Source: Synechococcus sp. (lineage in GTDB: Bacteria; Cyanobacteriota; Cyanobacteriia; Thermostichales; PCC-7336). From it: a stretch of DNA of 64,000 bases. Position numbers and translations under genes: made by a program. The notes beneath the pieces are model-generated. The model had not been told where the DNA came from. It saw only the letters and a list, made by a program, of their open reading frames with translations, and did not search any database. How positions within the stretch are numbered: the stretch's first letter is position 1; each line of letters begins with the position of its first letter. The stretch spans positions 11,717 through 75,716 of the forward strand of contig JBFRWN010000081.1 of NCBI GenBank assembly GCA_051439605.1, read 5' to 3'. Below, piece after piece: positions 1 through 11,815 of this stretch.

Positions 1-60
1 TTCGAGCGATTTGTTCAAATATGGTGGTTTAATCGCCGCTAATTTCAATCTCTGACAGGT

Positions 61-190
61 CTGATTCCTCGTCCACTTGCGGCGCATCGAGTTACAGCTT
101 TCGAAGAGAGCTATTCAACGGAGTCGAGCCGCGAAGCGTGTGAGCGGAGTGAAGTGATACCTCGCCCCTTGGGGCGGGGATGTTCATTAG
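61..190. repeat. Palindromic REP-like / IS200-IS605-end-like non-coding element
   Basis: Two related motifs, CTGATTCCTCGTCCACTTGCGGCG (61-84) and GTGATACCTCGCCCCTTGGGGCGGGGATGTTCA (154-186). The second forms a GC hairpin at 160-179. Resembles HUH-transposase-associated ends; no transposase in the window. Confidence 0.4.
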
Positions 191-305
191 CCGATCGCAC
201 TCGATCGTCAGCTGTCCTTAACGGCTGGAGGTAACGTCGCATTACGTCCAGCAGGTATCTGCACAAGAGATTGGTAGAACTGATTTGGAAGTTTGGGTGC
301 AAAGT

Positions 306-704
306 ATGGATAGAATCGTGGCTGCTTTATTCGAACAGTACGCTGCTGGAAACCGGGTGTTTCCCAACATCAATCTGCGGGGGGCAGACCTCAGCGAGGC
401 TATGCTAGGCGGCATTGACCTGACTGGAGCAGTCCTGAAAGGGTCGGAATTGATGGGGGCAGATTTGAGTCAAGCCTGCTTGAAACAGGCTAATTTGCGG
501 GGGGCCGATCTCAGTGGAGCTCTATTAAATGACTGCAATCTCAGCGATGCCGATTTACGCGGAAGCGAGCTAATGGGTGCGGATTTGCGTGGAGCCGATC
601 TGAGCGGGGCTCAGCTGCAAGCTGCAGACTACGATCGCTACACCCGCTTCGATCGCACCGTTGACCCCAAAAGTCTGGGGTTAATTGAAGTGTTGCCTGC
701 CTAA
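306..704 (+). CDS. Pentapeptide repeat protein
   Basis: Tandem A(D/N)LxG/ADLSG pentapeptides. ATG at 306 is preferred over the ORF start at 285. Confidence 0.9.
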   Translation: MDRIVAALFEQYAAGNRVFPNINLRGADLSEAMLGGIDLTGAVLKGSELMGADLSQACLKQANLRGADLSGALLNDCNLSDADLRGSELMGADLRGADLSGAQLQAADYDRYTRFDRTVDPKSLGLIEVLPA

Positions 705-866
705 AAGACTTCAGCAGCACAAGATTTGTATCTGAAAAGACGCGATCGCTTTTAAACAGTGTCTTGACCTCAATCTGGGGTAATTGAACCGCTATACTGA
801 GTGAACTGATGTAACAGTGCCGTTACAGTCACCTTGGTGTGCCCATCACCCCAGCGCGAGCCTTGA

Positions 867-1391
867 ATGAGTTTTTGGAAAAGCCTCTTTATTCCCACCA
901 CTGACAGCGACTCGGCGCTGGCAACAGACAATGGCAGCGGCACCGCTGCAGCTGAAGAAGCCCCTCGCATTACCCTCAGCAATAACCGCGAAATCGACCT
1001 TTACGAACTAGAAGAACTCTGCGATGCAGTGGGCTGGGCTCGCCGTCCCATTCGTAAAGTTAAAAAGGCGATTGACAACAGCTTTTTAGTCGTCACCATG
1101 TGGCGAGAGCAGGGTAGCTATCGTCGTCTCATTGGCTTCGCCCGTGCTACCTCCGATTGCACCTTTAATGCCACTGTTTGGGATGTGGTGCTGCACCCAG
1201 AATTTCACAATCGCGGCTTGGGCAAAGCCCTCATGCAGCGGGTGATTGACGATCTAAGAGCCCAGGACATTAGCAACATCACTCTGTTTGCAGATCCTGA
1301 CGTGGTGGGGTTCTATCAAGGGCTAGGATTTACCCCTGACCCAGATGGTATTAAAGGGATGTTTTGGTACCCCGAAAATGAGAGGCGCTAG
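867..1391 (+). CDS. GNAT N-acetyltransferase (Ycf52-like)
   Basis: [43 protein letters not shown] acetyl-CoA motif, ITLFAD. Confidence 0.88.
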   Translation: MSFWKSLFIPTTDSDSALATDNGSGTAAAEEAPRITLSNNREIDLYELEELCDAVGWARRPIRKVKKAIDNSFLVVTMWREQGSYRRLIGFARATSDCTFNATVWDVVLHPEFHNRGLGKALMQRVIDDLRAQDISNITLFADPDVVGFYQGLGFTPDPDGIKGMFWYPENERR

Positions 1392-1394
1392 GCC

Positions 1395-2189
1395 ATGACC
1401 TCCAGCCCACCCTCCACCAACTCCCCTTCACCCGACGCCCCCTTGTCCAGTTCGTCTTCCACTGAAACGAATCCAACCCGTCAGTCCCCATTGCCCACGG
1501 TGATTCTGCCGGGTTTCTTTGCAGGAGCGAAAGAATATTTGCAACTTCAGCGCGATCTGGAGGGGTCCGGATATCCCACCCGTACGGTTCCCCTCACCGC
1601 CCGCAGTTGGCTGCCCACGGTGGGGGGACGCCCCGTTACCCCCATCCTTGAGGCCCTGCACCGCACGATCGCAGAGGTTCTGCAAAAATTTGACTGCACT
1701 CAAGTCAACCTGATCGGCCATTCTGCAGGTGGCTGGATTTCCCGAATCTATCTGGGCAGTGCCCCCTACTGCGATCGCGTTTGGGCCGGTGCCCAGAACG
1801 TAGCTACCCTAATTGCCCTTGGTACCCCCCATAACAGCCAAGAGCGCTGGACCCGCCGCAACCTGGAGTTTGTTAACACCACCTACCCCGGTGCATTCCA
1901 CTCCGACATCACGTATGTCTGTGTGGCGGGCAAATCCACCTTTGGCAATAAAGCCCCTTGGTGGCAACCACAAAACTGGAACGGCGAGCAATGGCTAGCC
2001 TACTCCAGTTACGAACTCACGGGGGGCACCGGCAGTTGCTGGGGGGATGGCATTACCCCCATCCCTTCCGCTCATCTGGAGGGAGCGATCAATCTCACTA
2101 TTGAAGGGGCTTACCATTCTCCCCGCAGCGATCGCTTTTGGTACGGATCTACAGAGGCCCGACGCCATTGGATAGAATACCTGCAGTAG
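1395..2189 (+). CDS. Alpha/beta hydrolase (lipase/esterase family)
   Basis: GHSAGG nucleophile elbow, LGTPH, GDGITP, C-terminal His (GAYHSP). Confidence 0.85.
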   Translation: MTSSPPSTNSPSPDAPLSSSSSTETNPTRQSPLPTVILPGFFAGAKEYLQLQRDLEGSGYPTRTVPLTARSWLPTVGGRPVTPILEALHRTIAEVLQKFDCTQVNLIGHSAGGWISRIYLGSAPYCDRVWAGAQNVATLIALGTPHNSQERWTRRNLEFVNTTYPGAFHSDITYVCVAGKSTFGNKAPWWQPQNWNGEQWLAYSSYELTGGTGSCWGDGITPIPSAHLEGAINLTIEGAYHSPRSDRFWYGSTEARRHWIEYLQ

Positions 2190-2263
2190 TTTGACCTGCA
2201 GCTCTGCCGAAATACAGCCTGCAGCAGATCGGCTACCAGCTCTTTTCAATTTCGGCCTAACGT

Positions 2264-4582
2264 GTGACTTCAGCGGTATATTCCAACGCGAGCGAACTCT
2301 TTCCGTTCGAACTGGATGATTTTCAGAAAGAGGCGATTGCCGCCCTAGACGATAACCGATCGGTGGTGGTTTGCGCCCCCACTGGCTCCGGTAAAACGCT
2401 GGTGGGGGAATATGCCATTTATCGAGCCCTATCGATGGGGCGGCGGGTGTTTTACACCACGCCCCTCAAGGCTCTTTCCAACCAGAAATATCGCGATTTT
2501 GGCGAGCAATTTGGCGTCACCAACGTTGGCCTCCTCACCGGAGATATTTCGATTAACCGCGATGCTCCTGTGGTGGTAATGACCACCGAGATTTTCCGCA
2601 ACATGCTGTACGGCACGGCGATCGGTGAGGTGGGGGTTTCTATGGAAGCGGTGCAAACGGTGGTGCTGGACGAATGCCACTACATGAACGACCAACAGCG
2701 GGGCACCGTTTGGGAAGAATCCATCATCTACTGTCCCCCTTCGATTCAGCTGGCGGCGCTTTCTGCCACAGTCGCCAATAGCGGTCAGCTCACCGATTGG
2801 CTCAACTCCGTCCACGGCCCCACAACATTAGTGGATTCGAACCATCGGCCCGTTCCCCTGCAAATGAGCTTTGCCAACAACAAGGGACTCTTTCCCCTCC
2901 TGACAGAGAAAGGGGATGGCACCTTGACCTGCAACCCTCGCCTCAAAACCCGTCGCCTCCAAAAGTTGCAAAGCCGAGACGAACGCCCTAACGGAACTGA
3001 CATCAGCACTGTGGTGGGCTACCTGCGCAGCCGCGACATGTTGCCGGGGATTTACTTTATCTTTAGCCGTCGCGGATGCGATAACGCCGTCTCAAACATA
3101 GGGGATATAGATCTGTTGACGAACGAAGCAGAGCGTCAGAATCTGGCCCAACAGATCGATCGCTTCTGTAAAGAGTCCCCCGAAGCCGTGCGCCAAAAGC
3201 AATTGGAGCCCCTTTATCGCGGCATCGCTGCCCACCATGCCGGAATTCTGCCCGCCTGGAAAGCGTTGATCGAGTCCTTATTTCAACAGGGACTAGTTAA
3301 GCTGGTGTTTGCCACTGAAACTCTGGCAGCCGGCATCAATATGCCCGCCCGCACCACAGTCATCTCTTCGCTATCTAAACGTACCGACTCCGGCCACCGC
3401 CTGCTCACCGCCTCAGAATTTTTGCAAATGTCTGGGCGGGCAGGTCGCCGGGGCAAAGACACCATTGGTTACGTGGTCACCGTGCAATCCCCCTTTGAAG
3501 GGGCGCGGGAAGCGGCATACTTAGCCACCTGCGATGCGGATCCGCTCGTCAGTCAGTTCACCCCCACCTACGGAATGGTGTTGAATCTGCTGCAAACCCA
3601 TTCCCTCGAACAAGCGAAAGAGCTGATCCAGCGCAGCTTTGGCCAGTATTTGCTCTCGCTGCAAATTACCCCCGCCCAAGGGGACCTGGCGGAACTGCAG
3701 GAGAAATTGGACGCCATTCAGAATGCGCTAGAGGGCATTACCCCCGAACACCTGAAAGAGTTTCAAAAGCTGCAGGCGAAATTGCGGGAGGAACGGCGGG
3801 TTTATAAATACCTCAAAAAACACAGCGAGTCAGAGGAAGCCCCCGAACTGCTGACCCAGCAGGATCGCATTGATGCCGTGCAGGAGGAGATGCGGCAGAA
3901 TCCCGTCAATCGCTTCCCTAAGCCCATCAAGTTGCTGCGCCTGCAGGAAAAGCGCGAAAAGCTCGAGCGCAGACTCAAGCAGCGATCGCGTGACGGAGGC
4001 CGCTCCCAACAGCGCCGCTGGTTGGAATTTTTAGCGTTTGCTGATGTGCTGACCGAATTTAGCCACCTGAAAGATTACAAGCCCAATATGTTGGGGGAAA
4101 TTGCGGCGGCAATTCGGGGGGATAACGAATTGTGGTTGGCCTTGGCGCTAGAATCTGGCCGTATGGACGACCTGTCCCCTCACCAGTTGGCTGGATGCAT
4201 GGCAGCGCTCATCTCTGAGAAACCGCGATCGGGCACATTTGCTCGCTTTAAAACCTCCGATGATGTGGAAGACATTCTTTATGCTCTCAGGCGGGTGAGG
4301 CGGCGATTATTTAAAACTCAGCGGCAATACGATGTCTACGTGCCCGTCTGGCTTGAGCTCAAACTCTCAGGATTGGTAGAGCAATGGGCGCTCGGCATGA
4401 GTTGGGAGGAGTTGACCGGGGGCACCAACTTGGATGAAGGGGACCTCGTACGGTTATTGCGTCGGACACTAGATGTCCTGAGTCAGCTGCCCCACGTCCC
4501 CCATCTTCCGGCGGAACTCAAGAATAATGCCCGCCGCGCGGTTAGCCTCATGGATCGCTTCCCCATTAGCGAAGCGCTTTAG
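2264..4582 (+). CDS. Ski2/HelY-like SF2 RNA helicase with C-terminal DSHCT domain
   Basis: APTGSGKT, DECH, LSAT, FATETLAAGINMPA, QMSGRAGRRG, C-terminal LDEGDLVR. Confidence 0.92.
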   Translation: MTSAVYSNASELFPFELDDFQKEAIAALDDNRSVVVCAPTGSGKTLVGEYAIYRALSMGRRVFYTTPLKALSNQKYRDFGEQFGVTNVGLLTGDISINRDAPVVVMTTEIFRNMLYGTAIGEVGVSMEAVQTVVLDECHYMNDQQRGTVWEESIIYCPPSIQLAALSATVANSGQLTDWLNSVHGPTTLVDSNHRPVPLQMSFANNKGLFPLLTEKGDGTLTCNPRLKTRRLQKLQSRDERPNGTDISTVVGYLRSRDMLPGIYFIFSRRGCDNAVSNIGDIDLLTNEAERQNLAQQIDRFCKESPEAVRQKQLEPLYRGIAAHHAGILPAWKALIESLFQQGLVKLVFATETLAAGINMPARTTVISSLSKRTDSGHRLLTASEFLQMSGRAGRRGKDTIGYVVTVQSPFEGAREAAYLATCDADPLVSQFTPTYGMVLNLLQTHSLEQAKELIQRSFGQYLLSLQITPAQGDLAELQEKLDAIQNALEGITPEHLKEFQKLQAKLREERRVYKYLKKHSESEEAPELLTQQDRIDAVQEEMRQNPVNRFPKPIKLLRLQEKREKLERRLKQRSRDGGRSQQRRWLEFLAFADVLTEFSHLKDYKPNMLGEIAAAIRGDNELWLALALESGRMDDLSPHQLAGCMAALISEKPRSGTFARFKTSDDVEDILYALRRVRRRLFKTQRQYDVYVPVWLELKLSGLVEQWALGMSWEELTGGTNLDEGDLVRLLRRTLDVLSQLPHVPHLPAELKNNARRAVSLMDRFPISEAL

Positions 4583-5032
4583 GAGATTCTTCTGGTGTTC
4601 TCATTCTGCATTGTTAAAAGTCTATGGAGGATTTGATTCTGACTTAACTACTTCTATAAAGCCGCAGGTTTGTCATGCAAAAACTTTCCGTTCATGTTGC
4701 TAAATACGGTCACCGATGGGTGATTGACTTCAGAATTCATCTCGATTCTCGATCCGCAGCGTTTTGAATAGTCTTCAAAAAATATTGGTAGGGCAGGCAT
4801 GCTTACGGAGAAAAAATAAATAATAATATACCTCTGATGTGGCCTGGAATCGCCAAAAAATAGGGCTTTGGGGACTTTTGACAGGCAAGAGACACTATCT
4901 GTAGATAGTGCAGTTAGATGAACGTTAAGAGGTATAAATTTCTTTGACGACGATAATTAAATAAACCAGTCGATTGTGGCCGTTCTCTTTATTCGTCTCT
5001 ACTATGAGTTTAGATTGGAAAGAGTACGCGAT

Positions 5033-5377
5033 ATGGAACTCTTAGAAAAGCAAGTGACCGACCTTCAGCAGCAACTCGATCTGCTTAAGCTCGCGATCGA
5101 GCGATTACCCGCCCAAGTGGCCGCAGAAATGTCTACTATGACGACTTCTTCGTCTAGGCGGTCGTATGCATCCTCCTTTGGCTATGGTGCCGACACTGAA
5201 TCGATGGAGGGGGTTCTACTAGATGAAGATATGTCTGCAGAAAGGAATGCCCGTGCTGCTGCGAATCAGGACATGCCCCCAGAAGCCCAGGTTCAGCGAC
5301 TAACGGCTCAATTAACGGCTGCTTACAACCGCATCGCAGCTCTTGAAGAACAGTTACTATCTCAGCGTTTGCACTAG
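5033..5377 (+). CDS. Conserved cyanobacterial hypothetical coiled-coil protein
   Basis: C-terminal PEAQVQRLTAQLTAAYNRIAALEEQLL motif. ATG at 5033 is the likely start. Confidence 0.75.
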   Translation: MELLEKQVTDLQQQLDLLKLAIERLPAQVAAEMSTMTTSSSRRSYASSFGYGADTESMEGVLLDEDMSAERNARAAANQDMPPEAQVQRLTAQLTAAYNRIAALEEQLLSQRLH

Positions 5378-5564
5378 GCATTCAGAAAGAACTGAACACG
5401 TTTCCTCTAATGTTCTCATGTTAGATGGCCCCTACGGACTAATTTTTCATGACGGTTCTGACTTAAGCCCTTACCGAAAACGCTCGCCAGTAGCTGTTTA
5501 TAAGACATTGACACAACGAAAGCTGTGTCAATGTCTGTTTTAGTCAGATTTTCTTGCCTAACAA

Positions 5565-7178
5565 TTAGGACTCTTGACTGTTTCCATCCGCGAACAGATC
5601 GGCCAAATCGAAAGCCTCTGAATCCGCAGGGGTTTCTAAACTCTCCGTGATGTCCATGGGAACAGATGCGACAGGAGTCTCTAACTTCTCCTCCTCCGAA
5701 TCAGCTCCGAACAGTTCGGTTAGACTCGAATCATCTTGGGTGATGTCATTGACAGAAGAGCGATCAACCGATGCGAAAAAAGCATCAACATCGCTGGACT
5801 CGTCGGCATGTTCTCCTTCAACCGCATCTAATAGCTCGTTGAGGGATGCAGAATCTGCTTCTGATGTGGCTAATGTGGTGTCTGAATTGCTCCAAAGATC
5901 TTCCAGACTAGTGTCTGCAATAGCAGTGTCTGCGGTTGCCTCTGATAAGACATCTAAAAGGCTGCTCGATTCTTCGATGATGTCAGGCTGTTGAGAGCTC
6001 TGACTTAAAGAAGTCAGTTGAGCTTTCAAATCTTCCTGCTGTTGGCCCAAATCTTGGATCTGGTTTTCTAACGCGGACTTGCTTTGGCTGAGTTCTTCAA
6101 TCGCAGCCTCCAGACCTGAACGTTGACCCTCTAATTCTCCGAGTTCATTTTTTAGCTGCTCGAGTTCACCTTGATGCTGACCTAAGTCTTGGATCTGGGT
6201 TTCTAGCGCGGACTTGCTTTGGCTGAGTTCGTCAACTGCAGCCTGTAATTCTGAGCGCTGACCCTGTAAAGCACCCAGTTCACCTTGCAAGTGCTCGAGT
6301 TCTGCTTTTTGGCCCTGCAATTCAGAAATTTGACTGTATAGCTGTTCCAGCGCTGCCTGTTGCTCTTGCAGATCGGCCTGTAAATCCGACGACTCGCCAA
6401 CCTGATCTTGCAGTTGCTCAAGTTCAGCTTTTTGACTCTGCAATTCAGCAATTTGGGTTTGCAGCTGTGCCAGCTCTTCCTGTTGACCCTGCAGAGATTC
6501 TTGCTGGTTCTGGAATTCGCTAATCTGGCTTTGAAGTTGTGCCAGTTCTGCCTGTTGGGCAGTAATGCTATCCTGCAGTCCGGTTTCTGACTCTTGAAGT
6601 CCTGCGATGGTCTCCTGCTTGGTCGAGATGTCCTCTTGTAGACTTTGCTGCTCGGTTCGCAGTGTTTCGATTTGTTGCTGAATTTCTGCTAATTCGTCAG
6701 TTGAGGACTCGTCGATGAAAGCTGTCTCTTCGCCACCGTTTGCTGTAACTAGTTCTTCTCGGGAGGCTTGTAAATCGGCAATTTCCTGTTCCACTTCCTG
6801 CTTGCTGGTTTCTAGCAGTTGCAGATCGGCTTGGAGTCTATCCACCTGTGTCTGTGCTTGCTCGGCTTCCGCTTGGGCACTTGCCAATTGAGCGGCGATC
6901 GCCGCTAATTCCTCTGCCCCTTCCCCTGTAGAGTCTCTGGCTTGCCGAGCTTCATTTTGAGCAGTGTGTAATTGCTGTTCGATCTCAGCCAGTTTCTGTT
7001 CCAGTTGGCTGCGAGTGCGCTTGCTGCCTTTTTCAACGGCGGTGATGCCGATGGCTGTGGAGGCGACGGCTGCGGCGCCACCAACGGCAGCTTTAGATGC
7101 GTCTTGGGTAGACGCAAATCCTGCAAGTGCTCCGATTCCGATTGCTGCAACGCCGGCTAGGATATATTTCTGAACCAT
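5565..7178 (-). CDS. Membrane-anchored long coiled-coil protein with acidic tail
   Basis: Two N-terminal Ala/Gly-rich hydrophobic segments, a long Q/E/L heptad region with a 45-aa internal duplication, and a D/E/S-rich C-terminus. Confidence 0.8.
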   Translation of the reverse strand: MVQKYILAGVAAIGIGALAGFASTQDASKAAVGGAAAVASTAIGITAVEKGSKRTRSQLEQKLAEIEQQLHTAQNEARQARDSTGEGAEELAAIAAQLASAQAEAEQAQTQVDRLQADLQLLETSKQEVEQEIADLQASREELVTANGGEETAFIDESSTDELAEIQQQIETLRTEQQSLQEDISTKQETIAGLQESETGLQDSITAQQAELAQLQSQISEFQNQQESLQGQQEELAQLQTQIAELQSQKAELEQLQDQVGESSDLQADLQEQQAALEQLYSQISELQGQKAELEHLQGELGALQGQRSELQAAVDELSQSKSALETQIQDLGQHQGELEQLKNELGELEGQRSGLEAAIEELSQSKSALENQIQDLGQQQEDLKAQLTSLSQSSQQPDIIEESSSLLDVLSEATADTAIADTSLEDLWSNSDTTLATSEADSASLNELLDAVEGEHADESSDVDAFFASVDRSSVNDITQDDSSLTELFGADSEEEKLETPVASVPMDITESLETPADSEAFDLADLFADGNSQES

Positions 7179-7786
7179 AGTAATAACTTGGGTGAAATGG
7201 GTTAACTGCAAACTGTAATGTGATGCAGCCGAAATCTGCGGCTAATAATCCTGCAGTTGGTAATCGGCAATTAGTGCCAAGCTTGTATGCGATAGCACCA
7301 GCTAGAAAATAAGCACGAAATTAAATTACCCATTTTTTTTCTTAAGCTATTATTCGGTGAGAAAAATCTATTTTTTCGAGCTTTTGCATTCATAGCTGTT
7401 GCCATTTTAGTGATGATAGGCCGCTCGATCGCTAGTTAGGGTTCTATGTCGCTGAAATGAACAAAGCAATTTGTAGATAGCTATAGGCTTGCAGGCTTGC
7501 AGATGATTCATGCAGCATAAACGTCGATTGATGTGTGTACCACGGATCGAATCCCAATATGGCTAAATCCCAACATGGCTAAGAGCCCATTTGGTCTCAG
7601 TACAATAGGGCCGCATACCCTTATGAACGTGTTCCATTGCTATCGCTGATTGATTGGGTTTGAATTATTCATCAATTTGTCAGAACCAGCATTCGAGATG
7701 CACGCCGATGTGTCCGTCCAAAATTACCTGAACGGTTGCCTCCAGAGTGGTTTGCAGAACTCTGGGCACGATGTGTTGATGCTCAT

Positions 7787-10700
7787 CTAGGTGGCTAACA
7801 AAAGCTGTCGGCGAGCGTCGAACCGTCTAGCGGCTAGTTGCTGTACGGCGGCATTGGCATCCACCACCCGGAATTGGTTGCCAAAGCGGACAAACTGACG
7901 CCGATTGCCCGCACAAACTTCAGCCACCACCGGGATACGACCGCGATTGTCTTTATCCCCTGACTGCGAGCGCAGAACTTCTGCCAACTGATGCTGGACG
8001 GCAATATCGTTAGCTCGCGCGGCATCCAATGTCACCATCACCATCTGCACCTGTTCCAATGGCTCTAGGTCGTTGATGATGAGCTGCTTGCGATCGTCGC
8101 GGCTATCCACCTTGGCCCATACCATCACCCGCGTATCTGCTACAAGTTTTTCGTGGATGAGGGCATGGGTTTTGGGGAAGACCACTGCTTCGCAGCTGCC
8201 GGACAAATCCTCCAAATGGAGAATAGCCATGCGATCGCCCTTCTTGGTCACCACCGGCTTGAGGCTCGAAATCAAGGCAATGGCGCTGACATCCAGTTTC
8301 TCGCCGTAATCGTTCAGGTCTCCTAAATTAATCGGAGCCAGAATTCTGGAGGAGCGCTGCACGTCCTTGAGTGGATGGTCGGAAACGTAGAAGCCCAGCA
8401 ACTCTTTTTCTAAACGCAGGCGCTCGTCTTGGGGATAGTCCGCAGTTGCAGGGGCTTTAGGGGGCTCCAGTCCGGCTGTGTTGCCGCTGGAGTCATCCGC
8501 GCTACCCATGAGATCGAACAGACTAGATTGACCGACCTCTCGGTCTTTAGCCCGACTGGAGGCCCAATCGAGGACGTAGTCCAAATCGGCAATCAGCTGC
8601 TTGCGGTTGTCCGTCATGGTGTCAAAGGCACCGACATGTATCAGTGCTTCTAAGGCGCGGCGATTGACTGTACGGGTGTCAACGCGATCGCACAGATCCG
8701 ATAGAGAATGGAACGGACCATTCTCCTCTCGCTCTGCGATGAGATGCTCGATTGCCCCCTGTCCGAGGTTCTTTACTCCACCAAAACCGAACAGGATGCT
8801 GCTTTCTAGGGGGGTGAAGTCGAGACCGGAGCGGTTGATGTCGGGGGATTGGATTTCGATGCCCAGCGATAGGCAGTAGGCGATATAGCGCTGGACTTTG
8901 TCGTGGTCGCCCCCAATCGAAGACAGCAAAGCTGCCATGTATTCAACTGGGTAATTGGCTTTCAAGAACGCGGTTTGGTAGGTGACAAATCCGTAGGCGG
9001 TAGAGTGAGATTTGTTGAAACAATATTCCGCAAACACCAGCATTTGCTCGAATAGCTCTTTGGCGACGCTACTGGGGACGCCGTTTTTGGCAGAACCATC
9101 CAGAAAGATCTCCCGGTGTTTCTCCATCTCGGCGACTTTTTTCTTACCCATTGCCCGCCGCAGCAGGTCCGCTTGCCCCAGGGTATAGCCCGCCATATCC
9201 TGAGCAATTCGCATGATTTGCTCCTGATACAGGATGGTGCCGTAGGTATCCTTCAGGATGGGCTGCAGAATTTCGTGGGCATAGGAAATTTGCTTGCGGC
9301 CGTGTTTGCGATCGATAAATTCCGGAATCATGCCGGTATCTAGCGGCCCGGGTCGGTAGAGGGCTAACACCGACGAGATATCCTCCAGGTTTGAGGGCTT
9401 GAGGTCGCGCACCACGCTTTTCATTCCAGAGGACTCAAGCTGGAAGACCCCTTCCAACTCTCCTCGCTCCAACAGCTTGTAGGTATTGGGGTCCCCGTTG
9501 GGGATTAAATCCATATCCAGCTTGTTGCCCTTGGTTTTTTCAATCAGGTCTACCGCCCGCTGAATCATGGTCAGGTTGCGCAGCCCCAAGAAGTCCATCT
9601 TCAGAAGGCCGCAGGCTTCCACATCCTCCATGTAGTACTGAGTAATCACCGAGCCGTCGTTATTGCGCTGCAGCGGCACGGTTTCGTCCAAGGGTAATTT
9701 GGCGATTACCACCCCTGCCGCATGCACCCCCGAAGTTTTGTTGGTGCCCTCGATGCGCATGGCCATGTCGATCCATTTCTTGGTCACCGGATCGTTCAGA
9801 TAACGCTCGCGGAATTCCGGCTCCGGCGTATCTTCGCTAATCATGACTTTCAACTTGGCTGGTTTTCCCCGGGCAACCGGAATCATCTTGGCCATTTTGT
9901 CCGCGTCGCCGTAGGGAATATCCATCACGCGGGCTACATCCTTCAACACCGCTTTGGAGGTCATTCGGTTAAACGTAATGATCTGGGCCACCTTGTCCTG
10001 GCCGTACTTCTCGGTCACATACTGGATGACCTCATCCCGCCGTTCAATGCAGAAGTCCGTGTCAATATCAGGCATGGACTTCCGTTCTGGATTCAGGAAT
10101 CGCTCGAACAGCAGTCCGTATTTGACCGGGTCAATATTGGTAATACGCATCGAGTAGGCTACCAGCGAGCCTGCTGCCGATCCTCGACCAGGCCCCACTG
10201 GAATTTTGTTGTCTCGGGAGAAGCGAATAAAGTCCCACACCACGAGGAAGTAGGCAGCAAAACCTTTGTCCTGCATGACTTTGAGCTCTTTGCGCATGCG
10301 GGCGTTATACTCTTCCGGAATCTCTTCCCGGCTGGAGATTTGCAGGCGCTCGAGCAGGCCGTTCCAGGCCACTTCTTCAAAGTAGGTTTCGGGGGTGTGT
10401 CCAGGGGGAACCGGGTAGTCGGGCAGGTTGGTTTTGCCCAAGATGTCGTATTCATGGACTTTATTGGCTACTTTGACGGTATTGGCGATCGCCTCTTCAA
10501 TCACGTCGTCGGAAAGGTGATCGCGGCATATCCGCCGCATTTCCGCTTCGCTTTTGAGGTATTCCGTACCGCTGTAGCGCAGGCGCTTGTCCTCTGTCAG
10601 TGACTTCCCCGTCTGGATGCAAAGCAGGGCATCGTGGGCTTCCACGTCGTTGCAGGAAATGAAGTGGGAGTCGTTGGTGAGGATGATGTCGATGTCTAGT

Positions 10701-11290
10701 TCGCGGGCGATTTTGACCAATTCGACATTCACCAACCGGTCTTCTTTCGATCCGTGATCCTGCAGTTCGATGTAATAGTCGTCCCCAAACAGGTCTTTGT
10801 ACCATTCAGCTACCCGCCTCGCAATTTCGGGGCGGCCCTGCATGATGGCTTGGGGAAGTTCTCCACCAAGGCAGGCAGACGTGACGAGCAATCCTTCGTG
10901 GTGTTTTTCGAGTAATTCTTTGTTGATGCAGGGGCGCTGGAAGATGCCGCGCCCCTGCATGCCCTCTAAATGCGAGATGGTGGTCAGCTTGACGAGGTTT
11001 TTGTAACCCTGCGTGTTTTTGGCTAGGACCACTTGGTGATAGCGGGGATATCGTTTTTTCTTGTCGGTGATGTCGCCGTTGATGACGTACATCTCGTTGC
11101 CTATGATGGGCTTGATGGGTTTGCCACGGGTGAGTTTGAGCAGCTCAACGGCTCCGCACATGACGCCGTGGTCGGTGAGGGCAACGGCAGGCATGTCCAG
11201 TTCGATGGCGCGGTTCACCAGATCGGGCAGTTGGCTGGCCCCGTCGAGGAGGCTGTAGTCGCTATGGATGTGCAGGCCGACGAAGGACAT
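7787..11290 (-). CDS. dnaE: DNA polymerase III alpha subunit (full length, intein-free)
   Basis: PHP domain [35 protein letters not shown], contiguous [12 protein letters not shown]-terminal OB fold. Confidence 0.98.
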   Translation of the reverse strand: MSFVGLHIHSDYSLLDGASQLPDLVNRAIELDMPAVALTDHGVMCGAVELLKLTRGKPIKPIIGNEMYVINGDITDKKKRYPRYHQVVLAKNTQGYKNLVKLTTISHLEGMQGRGIFQRPCINKELLEKHHEGLLVTSACLGGELPQAIMQGRPEIARRVAEWYKDLFGDDYYIELQDHGSKEDRLVNVELVKIARELDIDIILTNDSHFISCNDVEAHDALLCIQTGKSLTEDKRLRYSGTEYLKSEAEMRRICRDHLSDDVIEEAIANTVKVANKVHEYDILGKTNLPDYPVPPGHTPETYFEEVAWNGLLERLQISSREEIPEEYNARMRKELKVMQDKGFAAYFLVVWDFIRFSRDNKIPVGPGRGSAAGSLVAYSMRITNIDPVKYGLLFERFLNPERKSMPDIDTDFCIERRDEVIQYVTEKYGQDKVAQIITFNRMTSKAVLKDVARVMDIPYGDADKMAKMIPVARGKPAKLKVMISEDTPEPEFRERYLNDPVTKKWIDMAMRIEGTNKTSGVHAAGVVIAKLPLDETVPLQRNNDGSVITQYYMEDVEACGLLKMDFLGLRNLTMIQRAVDLIEKTKGNKLDMDLIPNGDPNTYKLLERGELEGVFQLESSGMKSVVRDLKPSNLEDISSVLALYRPGPLDTGMIPEFIDRKHGRKQISYAHEILQPILKDTYGTILYQEQIMRIAQDMAGYTLGQADLLRRAMGKKKVAEMEKHREIFLDGSAKNGVPSSVAKELFEQMLVFAEYCFNKSHSTAYGFVTYQTAFLKANYPVEYMAALLSSIGGDHDKVQRYIAYCLSLGIEIQSPDINRSGLDFTPLESSILFGFGGVKNLGQGAIEHLIAEREENGPFHSLSDLCDRVDTRTVNRRALEALIHVGAFDTMTDNRKQLIADLDYVLDWASSRAKDREVGQSSLFDLMGSADDSSGNTAGLEPPKAPATADYPQDERLRLEKELLGFYVSDHPLKDVQRSSRILAPINLGDLNDYGEKLDVSAIALISSLKPVVTKKGDRMAILHLEDLSGSCEAVVFPKTHALIHEKLVADTRVMVWAKVDSRDDRKQLIINDLEPLEQVQMVMVTLDAARANDIAVQHQLAEVLRSQSGDKDNRGRIPVVAEVCAGNRRQFVRFGNQFRVVDANAAVQQLAARRFDARRQLLLAT

Positions 11291-11815
11291 GTGCGAACGC
11301 TCTAGATGGTGGCTTTAGTCTCAGTCTGACAGGCCTAGCCGCTATTGAGGAGAATCCTCCACAACTTTTAGGAAAGGAGGGCTGATAGGATATCCAAGCG
11401 TCTCTGCTGAAACTAATGTTGCTTTGAATCAGCCGGTAAAACTGTCTTTGTGATGGGACATAAGCATGCTGAAATTTTATCTGCCTGCAACTGTCACGAT
11501 CTCGGCACTGCTCTAACCAGTTCGGGCCCATGGCTAATATTTGTCAATGTTGACTGAATGCCAATAGCAGTCAACAAGGGTCTGAGAGAAGGCAATTTCG
11601 AACAATTAGCTGGACAGTTCAATAGAGTACTTTGGCCGAAATGGGGATTGAATTGTTAGCGCTCGATCTCACCGAAAATGGGCTAACGCTGTGATATGGC
11701 GACTGCCAAGGGTTGTGTTGGCTGAAAATTCGCGATCGCGATTGGGCCATCACACCAGTAGAATGGGTTGCTGTGCCAATACTCCCCTAGACTGTTTAAG
11801 GTTTCACAAGCATCA

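Noticed and set aside
2264..4582. Ski2-like helicase as an anti-phage defence gene
   Set aside because: HelY/DSHCT architecture in a housekeeping neighbourhood, with no partner defence genes.
9722..10603. Long antisense ORFs (also 12191-13072, 17033-17635, 28726-29538, 37693-38268)
   Set aside because: Shadow or alternate-frame ORFs overlapping well-supported genes, with no recognisable motifs.
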